Translations under genes and position numbers: made by a program
Origin: Octopus sinensis
Taxonomy: Eukaryota
Direction of reading: 5' to 3'
Assembly (NCBI RefSeq): GCF_006345805.1
Contig: NC_043011.1
Location: forward strand, 57,362,464 to 57,426,463
DNA length: 64,000 nt
Shown here: positions 11,888-25,415 of the stretch, piece by piece
How the letters are laid out: each line of letters begins with the position of its first letter
Numbering within the stretch: the first letter of the stretch is position 1
The notes under the pieces: generated by a model
What the model was told of the DNA's origin: nothing
What the model saw: the letters and a program-made list of their open reading frames with translations, nothing else
The model's database searches: none

Positions 11888-12825
11888 CAGGTCACTTTCG
11901 AGTGCTACTGGTAACATGTAACCCAGTACAACCTGTTGCATGGTCGGGTCGTCGGCGACTAAACCGGCAACCCTACCAAGCTTGCTTGGTGAGGAGGGTG
12001 TTTATTGGACACCCTGCGGGATGAAAATCAAAACCGTCAAAGGGTGGAGGAACTCTTGAGAGTCAACGGCCATCCAATAAATGTCTTAAGGCTGTATCAT
12101 GCGCGGAGACTGAATACCCGATCGTGTGGTTAAAACAATGGGAGTGAAGGACTCCTAGCCTTTGTTAGGGCATCCTTCTAGGAGAAGGTAACTCAGGTAA
12201 CTGGGATAACTCCGACATAAAACCTGCGGCTCAGCGGTTACCGATGATGTTGACTTGTTCTTCTTTTCGGATTATGGCAGCTGTTGCTTAGTGAGTGGGA
12301 TTGACTCAGTGCACAGCCTTTCCTCACTTTAAAAAATATCTTGTTGCACAGGCATTGCACGATAACAGCATTGATTAAGCTTCGTGCAATGGCCATACTC
12401 GATTACGAGGGGGCAGCCACCATTTATGTATGTATGTATGTATGTGCATATTTTTATGTTTTATGTATGTATTCTCAAGAATAGAATTACATATCTAGAC
12501 ATGCTTATATATATATTTAAATGATAAATTTCTGGAAAGTTTTACAGATTTTTACAGTTCCAGTTATGGATTGGATCTGTAGTCTTCGAATTAGCTTTCT
12601 CCTTTCTGGTTTTGAGAAGCCTAATTTCTCAAGATCGGTATTTAGGCAGTGTGTTACATATCCCAGGGCCCCAATAATTACAGGTATAAACCTGAACTTG
12701 TAATCCGGATAGAATAACTGCAGATTTTTCAATAGTTCAGTGTAGGTGTTCTCTTTGTCCCTGATCTCCAGCTTTATGTTAACATCCGTTGGGCAGCTAA
12801 TTCCTACAATTGTGCACAGTTTTTC
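11713..12825 (-). mobile_element. (TACA)n-family RLE 3' end (11713-11815 + 12424-12825), split by an insertion in its internal TACA tract
   Basis: ORF remnant KNLQLFYPDYKFRFIPVIIGALGYVTHCL..KICKTFQKFII*. Same 3' UTR as 6827-7035. Confidence 0.88.
11888..12422 (+). mobile_element. Non-coding non-autonomous retroelement (possibly RTE-derived) with (TGTA)n tail
   Basis: Second copy at 48187-48680. No ORF. 3' hairpin CATTGCACGA..TCGTGCAATG. Ends GGGGCAGCCACCA followed by (TGTA)n. The GGAGAAGGTAACTC..TAAAACCTGC segment recalls RTE 5' UTRs (inference). Confidence 0.7.
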
Positions 12826-13349
12826 TGTATGTACGTATGTATGTATGTATGTATGTATGTATGTATGTATGTATGTATGTATGTATGTATGTATGTATGT
12901 ATGTATTTATGTATGTATGTATTTATGTATGTATGTATGTATGTAGTATGTATGTATGTATGTATGTGTGTGTGTGTATGCGTGCGTGCGTGTGCATGTT
13001 TGTAATTCAGGTCACTTGTGTGGTATCTCATGAGTGCTATGGTAAGATGATATGTTGGCCATCACGAGCTGTTTCGGCCAGTGTTGACCTAGCGCTAAAA
13101 AAATCCCACATGATAGGAAGAAAATTTTAGTCCCTTTTATTCTGGGCTTAAGTGTACCCCAGCAAGCGTACCCCAGCCCCCACTGACTTGTTATACCTCA
13201 GAACATAGATGCATCCAAGTAACTAGACCGCATGCTTTTAGTGTGGAGTCTCGGCCAAAATTGTGTGTCTCAAACAAGACGATAGTGACGTCATCAGCAA
13301 ACACATTCAGACATACATACAATACATATTGAGAGGCACAGAAATAAAC

Positions 13350-13418
<69 letters not shown>

Positions 13419-13899
13419 CACACACACAAACACATACGTACACACACATGCAAACACCTATGCATGCACAGACACAGTTAAACGTACACTGAAAGGCAGA
13501 CACACACATTTGTATGCACATATATACGCGTATTATAGACGCATATACTCACATCCAGAAACATTTAGGTATAATAGAAATAGATTGATAGAAAAATGAT
13601 GATGATGATGATGATAATGGTGGAGGTAGAAGTGGTTGCGACGATGATGATAACGATGATGATGATGGTAATGAATTCGTAGGGTATGTTGCTGACGATT
13701 ACATATATTCTAATTGTCATCATTATAATCAATACAACCCCTCACCCTCGCACGCACACTTATACTACACACACACACACACACACATATATAAATACAT
13801 AAATACGTACATTTACAAATATTCATGTATAAAGACTACGTGATATATCCAAACTCTCTCTCACACACACGTATGTATATACTTAAATGCAGATTTAAG

Positions 13900-14210
13900 T
13901 ATACATATACATACATGCTTATATATATATATTATATATATATATATATACACTTATATATATATATATATATACACATATATTATATATGTATATACAT
14001 ATATATACATATATTGTATATATATATACATATATATACATATACATATATAACGTATATATATACATATATACACACACACAAATATAAGTGTATGTAT
14101 AGTATTGTATGCCGCTCATGCATATATACATATGATAATATATATGTATATATATATGTGTGTATGTGTATATATGTATATATATATATATGTATGGTTA
14201 TATCTATGTG

Positions 14211-14245
<35 letters not shown>

Positions 14246-14253
14246 TATATATA

Positions 14254-14305
<52 letters not shown>

Positions 14306-14430
14306 TATATGCATACATATGTATACATATATACACATATATATATACATATATATACATACGTATATATATACACACACACACACACACAAATATAGGT
14401 GTATGTATAGTATTGTGTGCCGCTCAGATA
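13900..14430. repeat. Compound (TA)n/(CA)n microsatellite with a duplicated ~37-bp motif
   Basis: caaatata(a/g)gtgtatgtatagtattgt(a/g)tgccgctca occurs at ~14082 and ~14390. Confidence 0.85.
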
Positions 14431-15339
14431 TATACACAAAAGTTGATGCTTAACCGAATTTGCAATGTATGTAGTTCGTATGTATGTGCATGTTCCTGTG
14501 CGCGCGCGAATGTGTGTGTGTGTAAGTGCGTGTGTTCGCGCGCGTGTGTATTTTTCATATCCACTTTGAAGTTTGCTCATTATTCTTCAGTTTTATAACA
14601 AGCATATAATTCAAACAAGAGTCTGTAATTAAGCCGCCTCTCCTCCATTTTGCTTTTTGTATTGTTGCCATTATTCAAGTCAAATGCTTTTCATATGGAA
14701 TGCCAAAAAAAAAAAAGAAAAAAAAAATGATTATTTTATAAAATAAGTTTTGGTTTCATTTTCTGTTTCATTTTGGTTTCATTTTTTTTTTTTTTTACTA
14801 ACTTGTGATACTTATTAGGATCGACTCGGAAACAAGTGTCAAATGTTCTTGTGTTCTTTTTGGTCGTTTTTATAATAATAATCGTCTCTTTGCTTTTACA
14901 ATTAAATTTTTATTAGTTTAGTAGACTGTAGGTAGTAGACAGGAGACAGTTGGCGAACATCTATCGTTTATTCATTTAATTTTTGTTTCGTTTGACGTGA
15001 CCAAAACAGCAGACATGTTTATTCATAGTAAATGAATCTCTTGTGATTTTTGGTTATATGTAAAGTGGAAATTATTATATAGACATGAATGAAATAATAT
15101 TTGAAACCGAAATCTATTGCAAACAATATTTATGGATTTGCACTTTTCAGAATTAATGAAAAATAGATTTTTCGAGCAGCGATCAAAATTACAATATCAT
15201 ATATCGTTTGATTGAGAAAAAAAATCCAACATTTATCGTCTCATAAAATTTGTTGTATTCCTTCATTACTGTGTATCTGTCTGCCTCTTTACTGCATACA
15301 TGCAAATATATGTACATCTTTATATAAATGTTTCTGTGT

Positions 15340-15570
15340 AGGCGGCGAGCTGGCAGACACGTTAGCGCGCCGGGCGGAATGCTTAGCGGTATTTCGTCTG
15401 TCGTTACGTTCTGAGTTCAAATTCCGCCGAGGTTGACTTTGCCTTTCATCCTTTCGGGGTCGATAAATAAAAGTACCAGTTTCGCACTGGGGTCGATGTA
15501 ATCGACTTAATTCGTTTGTCTGTCCTTGTTTGTCCTCTCTATGTTTAGCCCCTTGTGGGCAATAAAGAAA
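15340..15570 (+). mobile_element. Full SINE A (tail type B) with TSD
   Basis: TSD tatataaatgtttctgtgt on both sides. Ends ..ccttgtgggcaataaagaaa. Confidence 0.92.
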
Positions 15571-15580
15571 TATATAAATG

Positions 15581-15616
<36 letters not shown>

Positions 15617-15655
15617 ACTTTGTTTTCAGAATCTTCAAAACGAACACTCATCTAA

Positions 15656-15941
15656 CACGTGGTTTTCAACCGGAATCCACATGGCTCCTGGGAGGAATCC
15701 CTATGGTCCATAGTGTTCGGTATGGCCCTTGGGGGTGGTCCATGTAAGATTTTGTGAGCAATAAACTGGTTATACATCCACAATACATAAAATATGTAAA
15801 CTATTTTTTATACAATTCCTCATATTTAATTCTAAAATTTAATAGGATTTATTCTATATACATTGAATGGCTATGAGGCTCCACTGAAGCAAAACAGGAA
15901 TCAAATTGGTCCACAGATAATAAAATAGTTGTTATTCGCTA
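15656..15941. mobile_element. Degenerate hAT/Charlie-like MITE
   Basis: Left end cacgtggttttcaacc resembles CAGTGGTTCTCAACC-type TIRs. The right end tagttgttattcgcta is a decayed complement. Confidence 0.4.
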
Positions 15942-16902
15942 TCTTGCTGGAAAGTTTTATATAACATTTCTTTTGAGAAATAGTCGCCAAATCTCCCTCA
16001 AACCTTTGTCAAGTAAAAAGAATGGAGAAGGAAAATTCAAAAGGAACAGCTATGATAAACTTTCTTCCATTGTTCTTTTTCCCCCTCTCTCTGGGTCTAA
16101 AACATTTACTGCTGACCAGTGGCGGAACTGCAGCACCTCCTGTTTCCACTCGATATTATCGATAACATTCAAAATAAAGAGTCCTGTTTTCTTTCTTTTT
16201 ATATACTCGTACATCCTTAAGCTTAATATCAGTAGCCATCCCCTAGTTTATGAAAAAATGCAAAGATCCTTGTATAGAACTGTGCGCTTCACAGTTCCAG
16301 CGACGTGGTGTTTGGCTGTTGTGCGCATGTTCACATGTCCGAGATAGGAAGCTTCACATTAGGGAGAGACAGCACTGTCGTTCACACAGTGTGGTGAAAG
16401 GTAGTGTTTCTTTTTGACTCCGCGTGTGTTGTGCTTAAAACGTGTTTATATTCTTGAATGGTATAAAGTGTAGAATTAAATTATTATCCTGCCTCCAGCT
16501 TCAGTGTTGCTGCCAGGATTTGAAAGATATGGAAAATTTTCCTCCCTTATTTTGTGATTTAGGGAAGATTCTTGAAAAATAAGGGGGAATTCGCGCCGGT
16601 GTTCAGTGAACAAACTAAACACACTGCCCGGCAGTGGTTAAAATGCGAACCGACCAAATATAAATATTCTTTTTACATGTTTGTTTCCTTTTACACAATA
16701 TTAAAACAACGGCTAAAAATTTCCTGAAGCAGAACCCGCACTAATTTTACCTACGAGTCTCCACCGCTGCTGACAGTTGTTTCATTCCCAGAATTCAACT
16801 GAAGTCAACTTGTTCGCCGTTTGAAGTCCAGGCATAGGTTATCTTTCAGCTTTTAGTTCTTTCAATCAACACACTGCAGCCATGCTGGAGTACCGCCTTG
16901 AA

Positions 16903-18090
16903 GAAATGACTTGGTCATTTTAGGACGTTGATTCATTATCCTTGATCCATTTCTTCATTGGTGGTATGTTTCGGATCATTGTCCTGCTAGTACTTCCAGT
17001 TGTGGCCTAGTTGGAGTTTCTCAACGGATTCCTTCAGGTTTTCATCAAAGATCTTGATGTAATCCTCCTTTCTCATGATTGCTTGGACCTTGACAAGGTT
17101 TCCTGTGCCACAGGAAGAGAAGCATCCTCATAACATTATGTTTCCACCACCATGCATGACGATGGGCACAATGTTCTTCGGCTTGTATGCTTCTCTTTTC
17201 TTCTTCCAGACGTATTGAGCATCCATATGACCAACTTCATCTCATCAGACCACAAGATGGTTGACCAAAAGCTGGGATCTTCCATCAGATGACCTCTAGC
17301 AAAGGCCAGGCGATCCTCCAGATGTTTCTTCCTGAGCAGCGACGTCTTCCGAGGCCTACGTCCATAGAAGCCTCCTCTGTGCAAAACTCGCTCAATGGTG
17401 GAGCGTGACACCTTCGTCCCTGCCTAGTCAAGTGTTTCAGTTAGGGCCTTGACTGTGGTCCGGGGGCTTGTTGTTAGCCTCTCGGCAGATTTTACTGGCA
17501 AGTTTGGGAGACACCATATGCTTCCTGCCAAGCCCACTGAGGATTTTAACAGTGTCGAACCGCTTGTGCTTGTTGATTATGCTCTGGACGGTTGCTACAG
17601 GGATATAATACTGCTTTGAAATGGCCTTGTAACCCTTTCCGTCACTGTAGGCACACACAAGACGTTGACGTAGGTCTTCACCGAGCTTCTTCTTCTCGGC
17701 CATAATGATCAGAAACCGAAAATGACCAGAACACTTTTCCTCTATATCTGAACCAACTCGAGGCTTTCGCCAAGGATGAGTGGGCCATCATCCCACGGGA
17801 GACATGCAGGAATCTTGTGGACACGTACAAGAATCGTCTAGAAGCAGTCATAAAAGACAAAGGCTATGCTTTTGGACTCAGTAAACCTAGGGTATGAATA
17901 ATTTTGAACATGGCATTTTTTTAAAACTCCATGAAGTCTGAAATGAAATGAAGAATTTCTTGAATTGTGTGTTGCTGTTATTCTTCCACTTGTTGGTCAC
18001 TCATAAACAAACTTGACAAAATGCATTCATCACAAAAAATTTTTAAATCACAAAAATTAACAAAGGTATGATTAATTTTGAGGACGACTG
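16903..18090. mobile_element. Rearranged Tc1-family transposon pseudogene (ORF 5' part on -, ~16903-17703; C-terminus and IR/DR terminus on +, ~17740-18090)
   Basis: Minus strand: HTH region GKGYKAISKQ..TVQSII, GFYGRRPRKTSLL..RLAFA..ILWSDE, QDNDPKH. Plus strand: LNQLEAFAKDEWAIIPRETCRNLVDTYKNRLEAVIKDKG. Direct repeats ggtatga(a/t)taattttga at 17891 and 18065. End ..GACTG followed by TA. Confidence 0.9.
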
Positions 18091-18155
18091 TATATATGTA
18101 CACACTCGTATGCACATAAATACATACATACACACATTCATACAAATATAAGTAT

Positions 18156-18192
<37 letters not shown>

Positions 18193-20116
18193 CTCTCTCT
18201 CTCACTCTCTCTCTACTATTTGCATGGGAGGAAATCTGTATAGATAAATTATTTGCTCTTAGACTCTTATAATTTATTTTAACGAACCACTAGGTGATGA
18301 AAGCTCTCTTCGGCATGTTTTGAAGTCAGGACAACCAGAAGCAATCGTTTCATGTAACGATTTTATTGCCGATTGATTTAAACAAGAACCACGAGTATAA
18401 AAAATCGATTTTTCTAGTATTTGTCCTATATTACATATAACTATCGTTAAATGAATAAATGAAATAATATTAGAAGCGAATCGCAAGGGAAATGAATTCA
18501 CTCTGTTACGAATTTCGAAATTGTGTTAGTTTCCTATCTCTGAAAGATTGTAAGCTTACTAGTTAAGCTTATTTAACTGATAGCAGCCGTAATATTCAGT
18601 TGACGTCATCACACAAAAGTATGCCTCACTATCGTTTCCTTTTATCTGCGGAAGGAAAGATTAAAGTCGATCGTAAATTTCACATTACGATCTCGATTTG
18701 AGAGCAATATGATAATGATTGAATCAAGTACTGTATTTGGTTATATAAACCTCCCGCAAAGAAGCAGGGTTATTGCAAAGTAGTTCAGTTAGCAAACAGT
18801 AATAATGTTGAAGTCAGGCAATTGTTATGATTTCTATATCGATTCTTGATTAGTTCTCGGTTTCTCTATCTCTCTTTCATTGTCTGTCTGTGTGTTTCTT
18901 TATTATTACTCTCCCTCGAGGAGACGCAACATTAAGAGTCAATATTCAGTATTCTTCAACTGTTGCCTTATCTTCCGCAAATGTAATTAACAATGCCATT
19001 AATTCAACTTTTCTTAATCAGCGATATCCGTCAGCGAGTAATTATTCCGCGTGATCTCAAGTGAGAAGACACACTTATATCTCCGAAATGACGTTATCTG
19101 ATTTTATGTCACATCATCTCTCTCACTTGTTAATCTTTCTCGATGTCAACATTAAAAATATAATCTTCAAGCGTCACTTTGTCAAATTTATCGCTCTCTC
19201 TCTGCAATACCTGTAACCCAAGATTTCTCAAAGGGAATGAAAACAAAATTTATAGGGAAGGAAGAAGGAAACTATTTGACAAAAGGGAGGCGATTGAAAC
19301 TAAATAATTTTTGTATTTCAAATCAAGGTTTTGAAACTCATTTCGGTGTATATGCCTTAGGTAGTCATTCATGCATTCGAGAGCGACTTTGTAATAATTA
19401 TGTATACAGGATAAAGTTATTATCTAATAAACACGCATGATTTTTTTCATGCTTTTATATACAACCATTGATATTTCTCGCATTTGTCACAAATCTCAAT
19501 TAAGGATTTAGGGATGGAACTTGGTCATGATAAATGCTCTTTAGTTTCGGTATCATTCCCTCTTGTGTTCTCGAGTACATTGACCAGCAAGTTGCCATCA
19601 CTGGTTTCCGTTGGTTGCAGTTCTCTCTGCATCCAGCCATGTAATATTGGCCTCCACATGGAGTTAAAGGAATTAAGAGAAGAGAAAGTACTTTTTTTTT
19701 ATAAAGAAACCAATATTCTATTATTCGGTCAACGGTTCCTGTCATTAGATTGCTGCCATGATGCAACACAGGTCTCATACATTTTAAGATGATCTTAATG
19801 AACATGATAATTAATTCAGTTTGATGTTTACTTCATCGCTTTATAATAATCTAATAGCAGAGTCACCTTTTGACTTAAAGTGAGCGAACTTGGCGTACCA
19901 TTTTACACCGGTATGCACAAATACAGATACAAACACAAATGCACAAACTCATACACGCTTACTCGTGATCTCAATCACACGTACACACATGATTGTAAAA
20001 TGCTACGCGTTAATACTGCAGAGGTGCTGAACTGGTTCGAACCTTCAACCACTCGATTGTGAAGCCGATTTCCTGTTCATTTCCTTATTCCTCATGTATC
20101 AGCACCACATCAAAGT

Positions 20117-20516
20117 GGAGATGCTATGGCCAAATGGTTATGGCAGTGGACTCGCAGTCGGAGGATCGCGGTTTCGATTCCCAGACCGGGCGCTGTGTGT
20201 TTTTATTGAGCGAAAACACCTAAAGCTCCACGACGCTCCGGCAGGGGGTGGTGGTGACCCCCTGTTGTACTCTTTCGCTCCAACTTTCTCTCACTCTTTC
20301 TTCCTGTTTCTTGTCCCCGACTTCCTACCCAACCGCTGAGCCTGGATGCGCATTCATCCATCCGTCGATGCTCTCGGTGCCGGGCTTGACCTGCTTTCTC
20401 TTCTGCGGGTCTTACGAATAGCAAAGGACCACGTTTCGGACTTCTCCCACAACAGAGGCGCGATCTTGCGAGCTCTGGGACGAAGGCCGCTTCGCTCGAC
20501 AGCAACAGCAACAGCA
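20117..20516 (+). mobile_element. tRNA-derived SINE family D
   Basis: A box tggccaaatgg, B box ggtttcgattccc, CORE-like ttgagcgaaaacacct, short (CAGCAA)n tail. Confidence 0.7.
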
Positions 20517-20814
20517 CCACATCCAACCCATCAACCATCCAGAATATGAAATGAACACATAAACAATCAAGTGAAGTGCCACTAAGCATTACCAAACGTG
20601 CCAACGCTCCTGTCATCTCAGCGCCTTAACACTCATCTTCCATGTTATGGAAACAAAATAATTCTAGCGGGAAAGTTGAAAAAATACCTTCTGACAATTC
20701 TACTGATGGATTGTAAATTGGGACGCTTAAGACCTGTTAGGAGATTTACAGCATTATAATAGATAAACGCCTATGAAGTTTATTCTTCTAAGCATGGTAT
20801 TTCATCACAGAGAC

Positions 20815-20870
<56 letters not shown>

Positions 20871-22749
20871 GGCCTACTCGCTTAGCCAGCGGGTTGGCAT
20901 CATTTGAAGGCTAAAACAATGTGAAGCGCATTGTGACCAGCGATGTGTAGCAACATCTGATAGCCTGGTCGGTCACGTGGTCACGTGATATATATATATA
21001 TTATATAGAGATATTGACAGATTGATATACATTAATAGACAGATATGCACTTATATTCATACGTATATAGATCTATACCTTTATATACACACACATATGC
21101 ACACGTACATACAAACACACACACATATATATACATATATACAAGCACACACACACACAGATATATATATATATCATACATACATAAGCAGACAAGCCGA
21201 CGACAGATATATAAGTAGTTATATACATATATACAAATCTATATGCATGTATATTTTACATATCCACATATATATATAATTACACGCATAAATACACATA
21301 CATACACAACACATACATACACACAAACACACACATGTATATGTATAGTCTTTTGAAGTATTTTGTGATTATTAGTTTATTGAAGTTTCCGCCTTTCTTC
21401 CTCAAATCTAGACAAATACACTTGCCAAAAAGTTGTATTTATATAAACATTACTAATTGGAGACATCTTAATTCAACTTAATGAAAACATATTAACTCCA
21501 ACCGCACAATAGATCAAAGAGCCTGCAAAAGCATCATTAAATAAAACATTTCCTAAATTACTCGAAAAAGCAACGAAGATTCCATAGGTTTGTATGTCGT
21601 TATTAGAACTTCTTACTAAACAAGGAAATTTCTACCAACGTATTCACAATGTTATAGAATGCACTCTTGGAGTCGTGGTACATTACGAGTGCTGGCTCTG
21701 TGGATATTATATACTTGTTCAGTCAACCATTTTCGTAATAGCTGTTTGCTCGAGGAGGGATATCAGAGGCGACCATAAACAAGCAAGGAATATTCTATGG
21801 ATTTGTATATAGTCACTAAACTAGATCGTATGTATCGCTAGAATTTCTCACTAAAGTAAGCAGCTTTCTACCAACATTGGAAACGGAAATATCCGCTCAA
21901 AATGTTATTACTGCAGAAGGCGGTTTTATCCCACGACTTTGAAAGAAGTTCTCCTTTTTGCTATAACAAGCGGAGACAACCGCAGTGACACTGTTTACAA
22001 AAGACAGTTTTTCATATTGCCTTAATTGTTTTCATATATCTGTGCAGAGCATCAATCAAATACTTTTAGTGGTGAATATGAAAACCATATCTACAAGAGA
22101 TACTATCACTTTATTGCAGAAACAGTAATGATAAATGGTCTTTGGGTGGCTAATTAGCATCATTAAGGGAATGACCATGAAATTTAATTACATTTAATTT
22201 CAGAGTCGAAAGGTTGAGTCCTGTGTAGACGGATATTAAAGCAAAGATATGATTGGATAAATTAGCATTTACATTTTGTTTATCTGCTTGGTTTTTGGAC
22301 ACACCCATGAAGCCGTGATAATTCTTTTCACTTTTGCGTGTTCAATTCATTCGTTGATTGGTAATTAAATTATAATGTGTGAAGAGATAAATGAACTCTA
22401 AATTTATAACATAAAATTTCATAACTTTTGTATGTAATATAAAATAAATGGCGGCCGACCATTCAAACGTAACATTAATTTTATTTATCTTTTCCTCAAT
22501 TAAAATTATTGTGATTTAATCTCTGAGGATTATAACATACTTATATGATATAAAATGCCTCGGATTTGCGAAGTGTCCCTGAAATTATTGGCCAAAGTAC
22601 AACCACACATTTTTTGGCTAATCAAAAATGTAATCTTTACACTGCTAGGCAGGTTCCTCTCCATTATATATATGCATACACATATACAAACACACGCACA
22701 CACACACACATATATATATATACGTAAATTTGGAACGATGAAATATATA

Positions 22750-23115
22750 TGAACAACAATTGAATTACATCAGTTGCTATATATCAATTCACTACAAATA
22801 GACTGCATCCCATCTAACAGCTGTTTCTGCTTCCAATGTTGTATGGTATTGCCACTGATAAGCAAAAATATGTGAAAATATTTATATTTGGTTATACTCT
22901 TCTTTATGCTCTTTTTCTTTATTTATTCTTCACTCTGATGAAGCACCTTGCTTCAGATCGGTTTCATTACCAAACATGATTCATATTTTATACACATTTT
23001 TGCATATCAATGGCAATATCATACAACATTGGAAGCAGAAACAGCTGTTAGATGGGATGCAGTTTATTTGGATTGAATTAATAAACAATAATTGATGTAA
23101 GTCAGTTGTTGTTCA
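22750..23115. repeat. Long inverted repeat (~130-bp arms) carrying hammerhead 3' halves
   Basis: Arms 22750-22881 and 22983-23115. Each has GAAA-CAGCTG-TT-AGATGG facing outward. CTGATGA at 22935 lies in the spacer. Confidence 0.85.
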
Positions 23116-23329
23116 TCAGTAATGCTCCATTTTCCGTTTTCTTTGAATTTTGATTCTTGATAAAACCATGTTTATCCTTGTCTTTATCTATAATTTATGA
23201 ACATAATATGCTTGCATATGTATGCCCATGGTTAAACACAGGTAATTTACCGGTAGTGTAATGTATACTTCTATCCTTTAGAGAGTCATTCTGACCACTA
23301 ACTCAACCAACCGATATATATATATAATT

Positions 23330-23560
23330 AAGGTGGCGAGCTGGCAGAAACGTTAACACACCGGGCGAAATGCTTAGCGGTATTGCGTCTGTCGTTGCGT
23401 TCTGAGTTCAAATTCCGCCGAGGTCGACTTTGCCTTTCATCCTTTCGGGGTCGATAAATTAAGTACCAGTTACGCACTGTGGTCGATGTAATCGACTTAA
23501 TCCGTTTGTCTGTCCTTGTTTGTCCCCTCTATGTTTAGCCCCTTGTGGGTAATAAAGAAA
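23330..23560 (+). mobile_element. Full SINE A (tail type B)
   Basis: Near-identical to 15340-15570. Set in (TA)n. Confidence 0.92.
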
Positions 23561-23561
23561 C

Positions 23562-23611
<50 letters not shown>

Positions 23612-24412
23612 AGGGTAAAAATATGGCCTAGCATATTGAAAAAAATCTAAAGATTCAGAAAAATTTTTCACATACATATAAGTGTGATGACCACTAGGTG
23701 GACATCCAATATGCTAACTATAGGCCCCATATAGTCCGACCACTAAGACAGACTTGTTCTCAAGAAAATTCGGCAAACGCCAGAACGTAAGCGAGCAAGA
23801 CAAATGAAAAGTTTCAAAATATAATGATTAGTCACATACCAGGTTTCATTGTTACCATTTACATGTTCACATACGTAAATGTCCGCAATTCATCAGTGCG
23901 ACCGTCATATAAAATATAATTTGTAGTACTGTACACGAGACGTCCACACGAAAGAGAACATGCATACACACGTGTATACAGCTCCATACATATATGATGT
24001 TAGGAGATACACAGAAGAGAAATTGTAATCTATAGATGTAGTAGTGTTTATCTCTATACCATATATAACTGTATATATGCGTTTGCTGATGAAGACCTAA
24101 GAGACAACGATGAAACCATTTACTTTATCCGATTATTCCTAAAATAAACCAGCAACAAATCTGAGTTATTCCATCAGTGAAAAACAGACCTAGCACTTCA
24201 TGCGAGATGAACAAGCACCAACATTATTGTTACCACACAAATGTAGCAGCCTGATATCTGTGTGTGTCCCTGCCTGTCTGTCAGTCAGCCAGTATGTCTT
24301 TCCCTCTCCCTCTCTCTCTATCAATCTGTCTTTCTTTCTCTCTCTCTCTGTCTGTCTATCTAATATGCCTGCATGTTACGTATGTATGTATGTATCTACC
24401 TATCCGTATATA

Positions 24413-24444
<32 letters not shown>

Positions 24445-24623
24445 GCATCTATACACATCTATATGCACAAAGAAGATATATACATACATATAAACATACC
24501 TTATAATTTATATATATATATATATATTATATATATATATATATATTTGTATGCATATATAAGTTCATATACACATGTTCATGCATATACATACATATAT
24601 GTATATATTGATATATAGTGTGA

Positions 24624-24739
<116 letters not shown>

Positions 24740-25256
24740 AGTATATATTATATATACATATATATGTATATATATGTGAGTATATTTATGTGACTGTGTA
24801 TGTGTGTTTGTGCTTGTGTGTGCCTATGTATGTGTATTACCTTTCTAAATCGTATAATCTTTATTTTTCACTTTATATATTTGAAATATAAGACACTGGA
24901 ATCGTTGAAACAAAGTAATGCCACAAGTAATTAACCGCCATTACATGCTACTAACATATTTAATCCGAGGATTAACTAAGCATTAGATTGCATTCTAAAC
25001 AATACACACTCAGTCTCTCTCCCCCTCTCTCTTTCTCTCCTTTCACACATACTCACGCACGATCACCCACACGCACATGCATAAACGAAAGAGCTGCAGG
25101 GGTCACCAATTCGGTTTGTAACAAGACATAAATTTACAACAAGGTCGGAATGACACATGGAAACTGTGGAAAATATGCTAGGAATCAGTGTTGGAATTAT
25201 ATTTAAGTGAAGTAGGCTTCAATATTGAGTATTTCTTGTGATACAGTCTTCATATA

Positions 25257-25415
25257 GGCACAGGCGTGGCCGTATGATAAGAACTTTGCTTTCTAACCAC
25301 ATTGTTCCGGGTTCCACTGAGTGGCACCTGGGGCAAGTGTCCTCTATCATAACCTCGGACAGATCAAAGTCTTCTTAGTGGATTTAGTAGACAGAAAATG
25401 AAAGAATCTCGTCGT
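25257..25415 (+). mobile_element. SINE B, 5' half
   Basis: ggcacaggcgtggcc..gtggcacctggggcaagtgtc..ggatttagtagacagaaa. Confidence 0.8.

Noticed and set aside
11920-11975. HDV-like ribozyme at the 5' end of the non-autonomous element
   Set aside because: A GTCG/CGAC hairpin and CTAA are present, but P1/P2 pseudoknot pairings could not be built.
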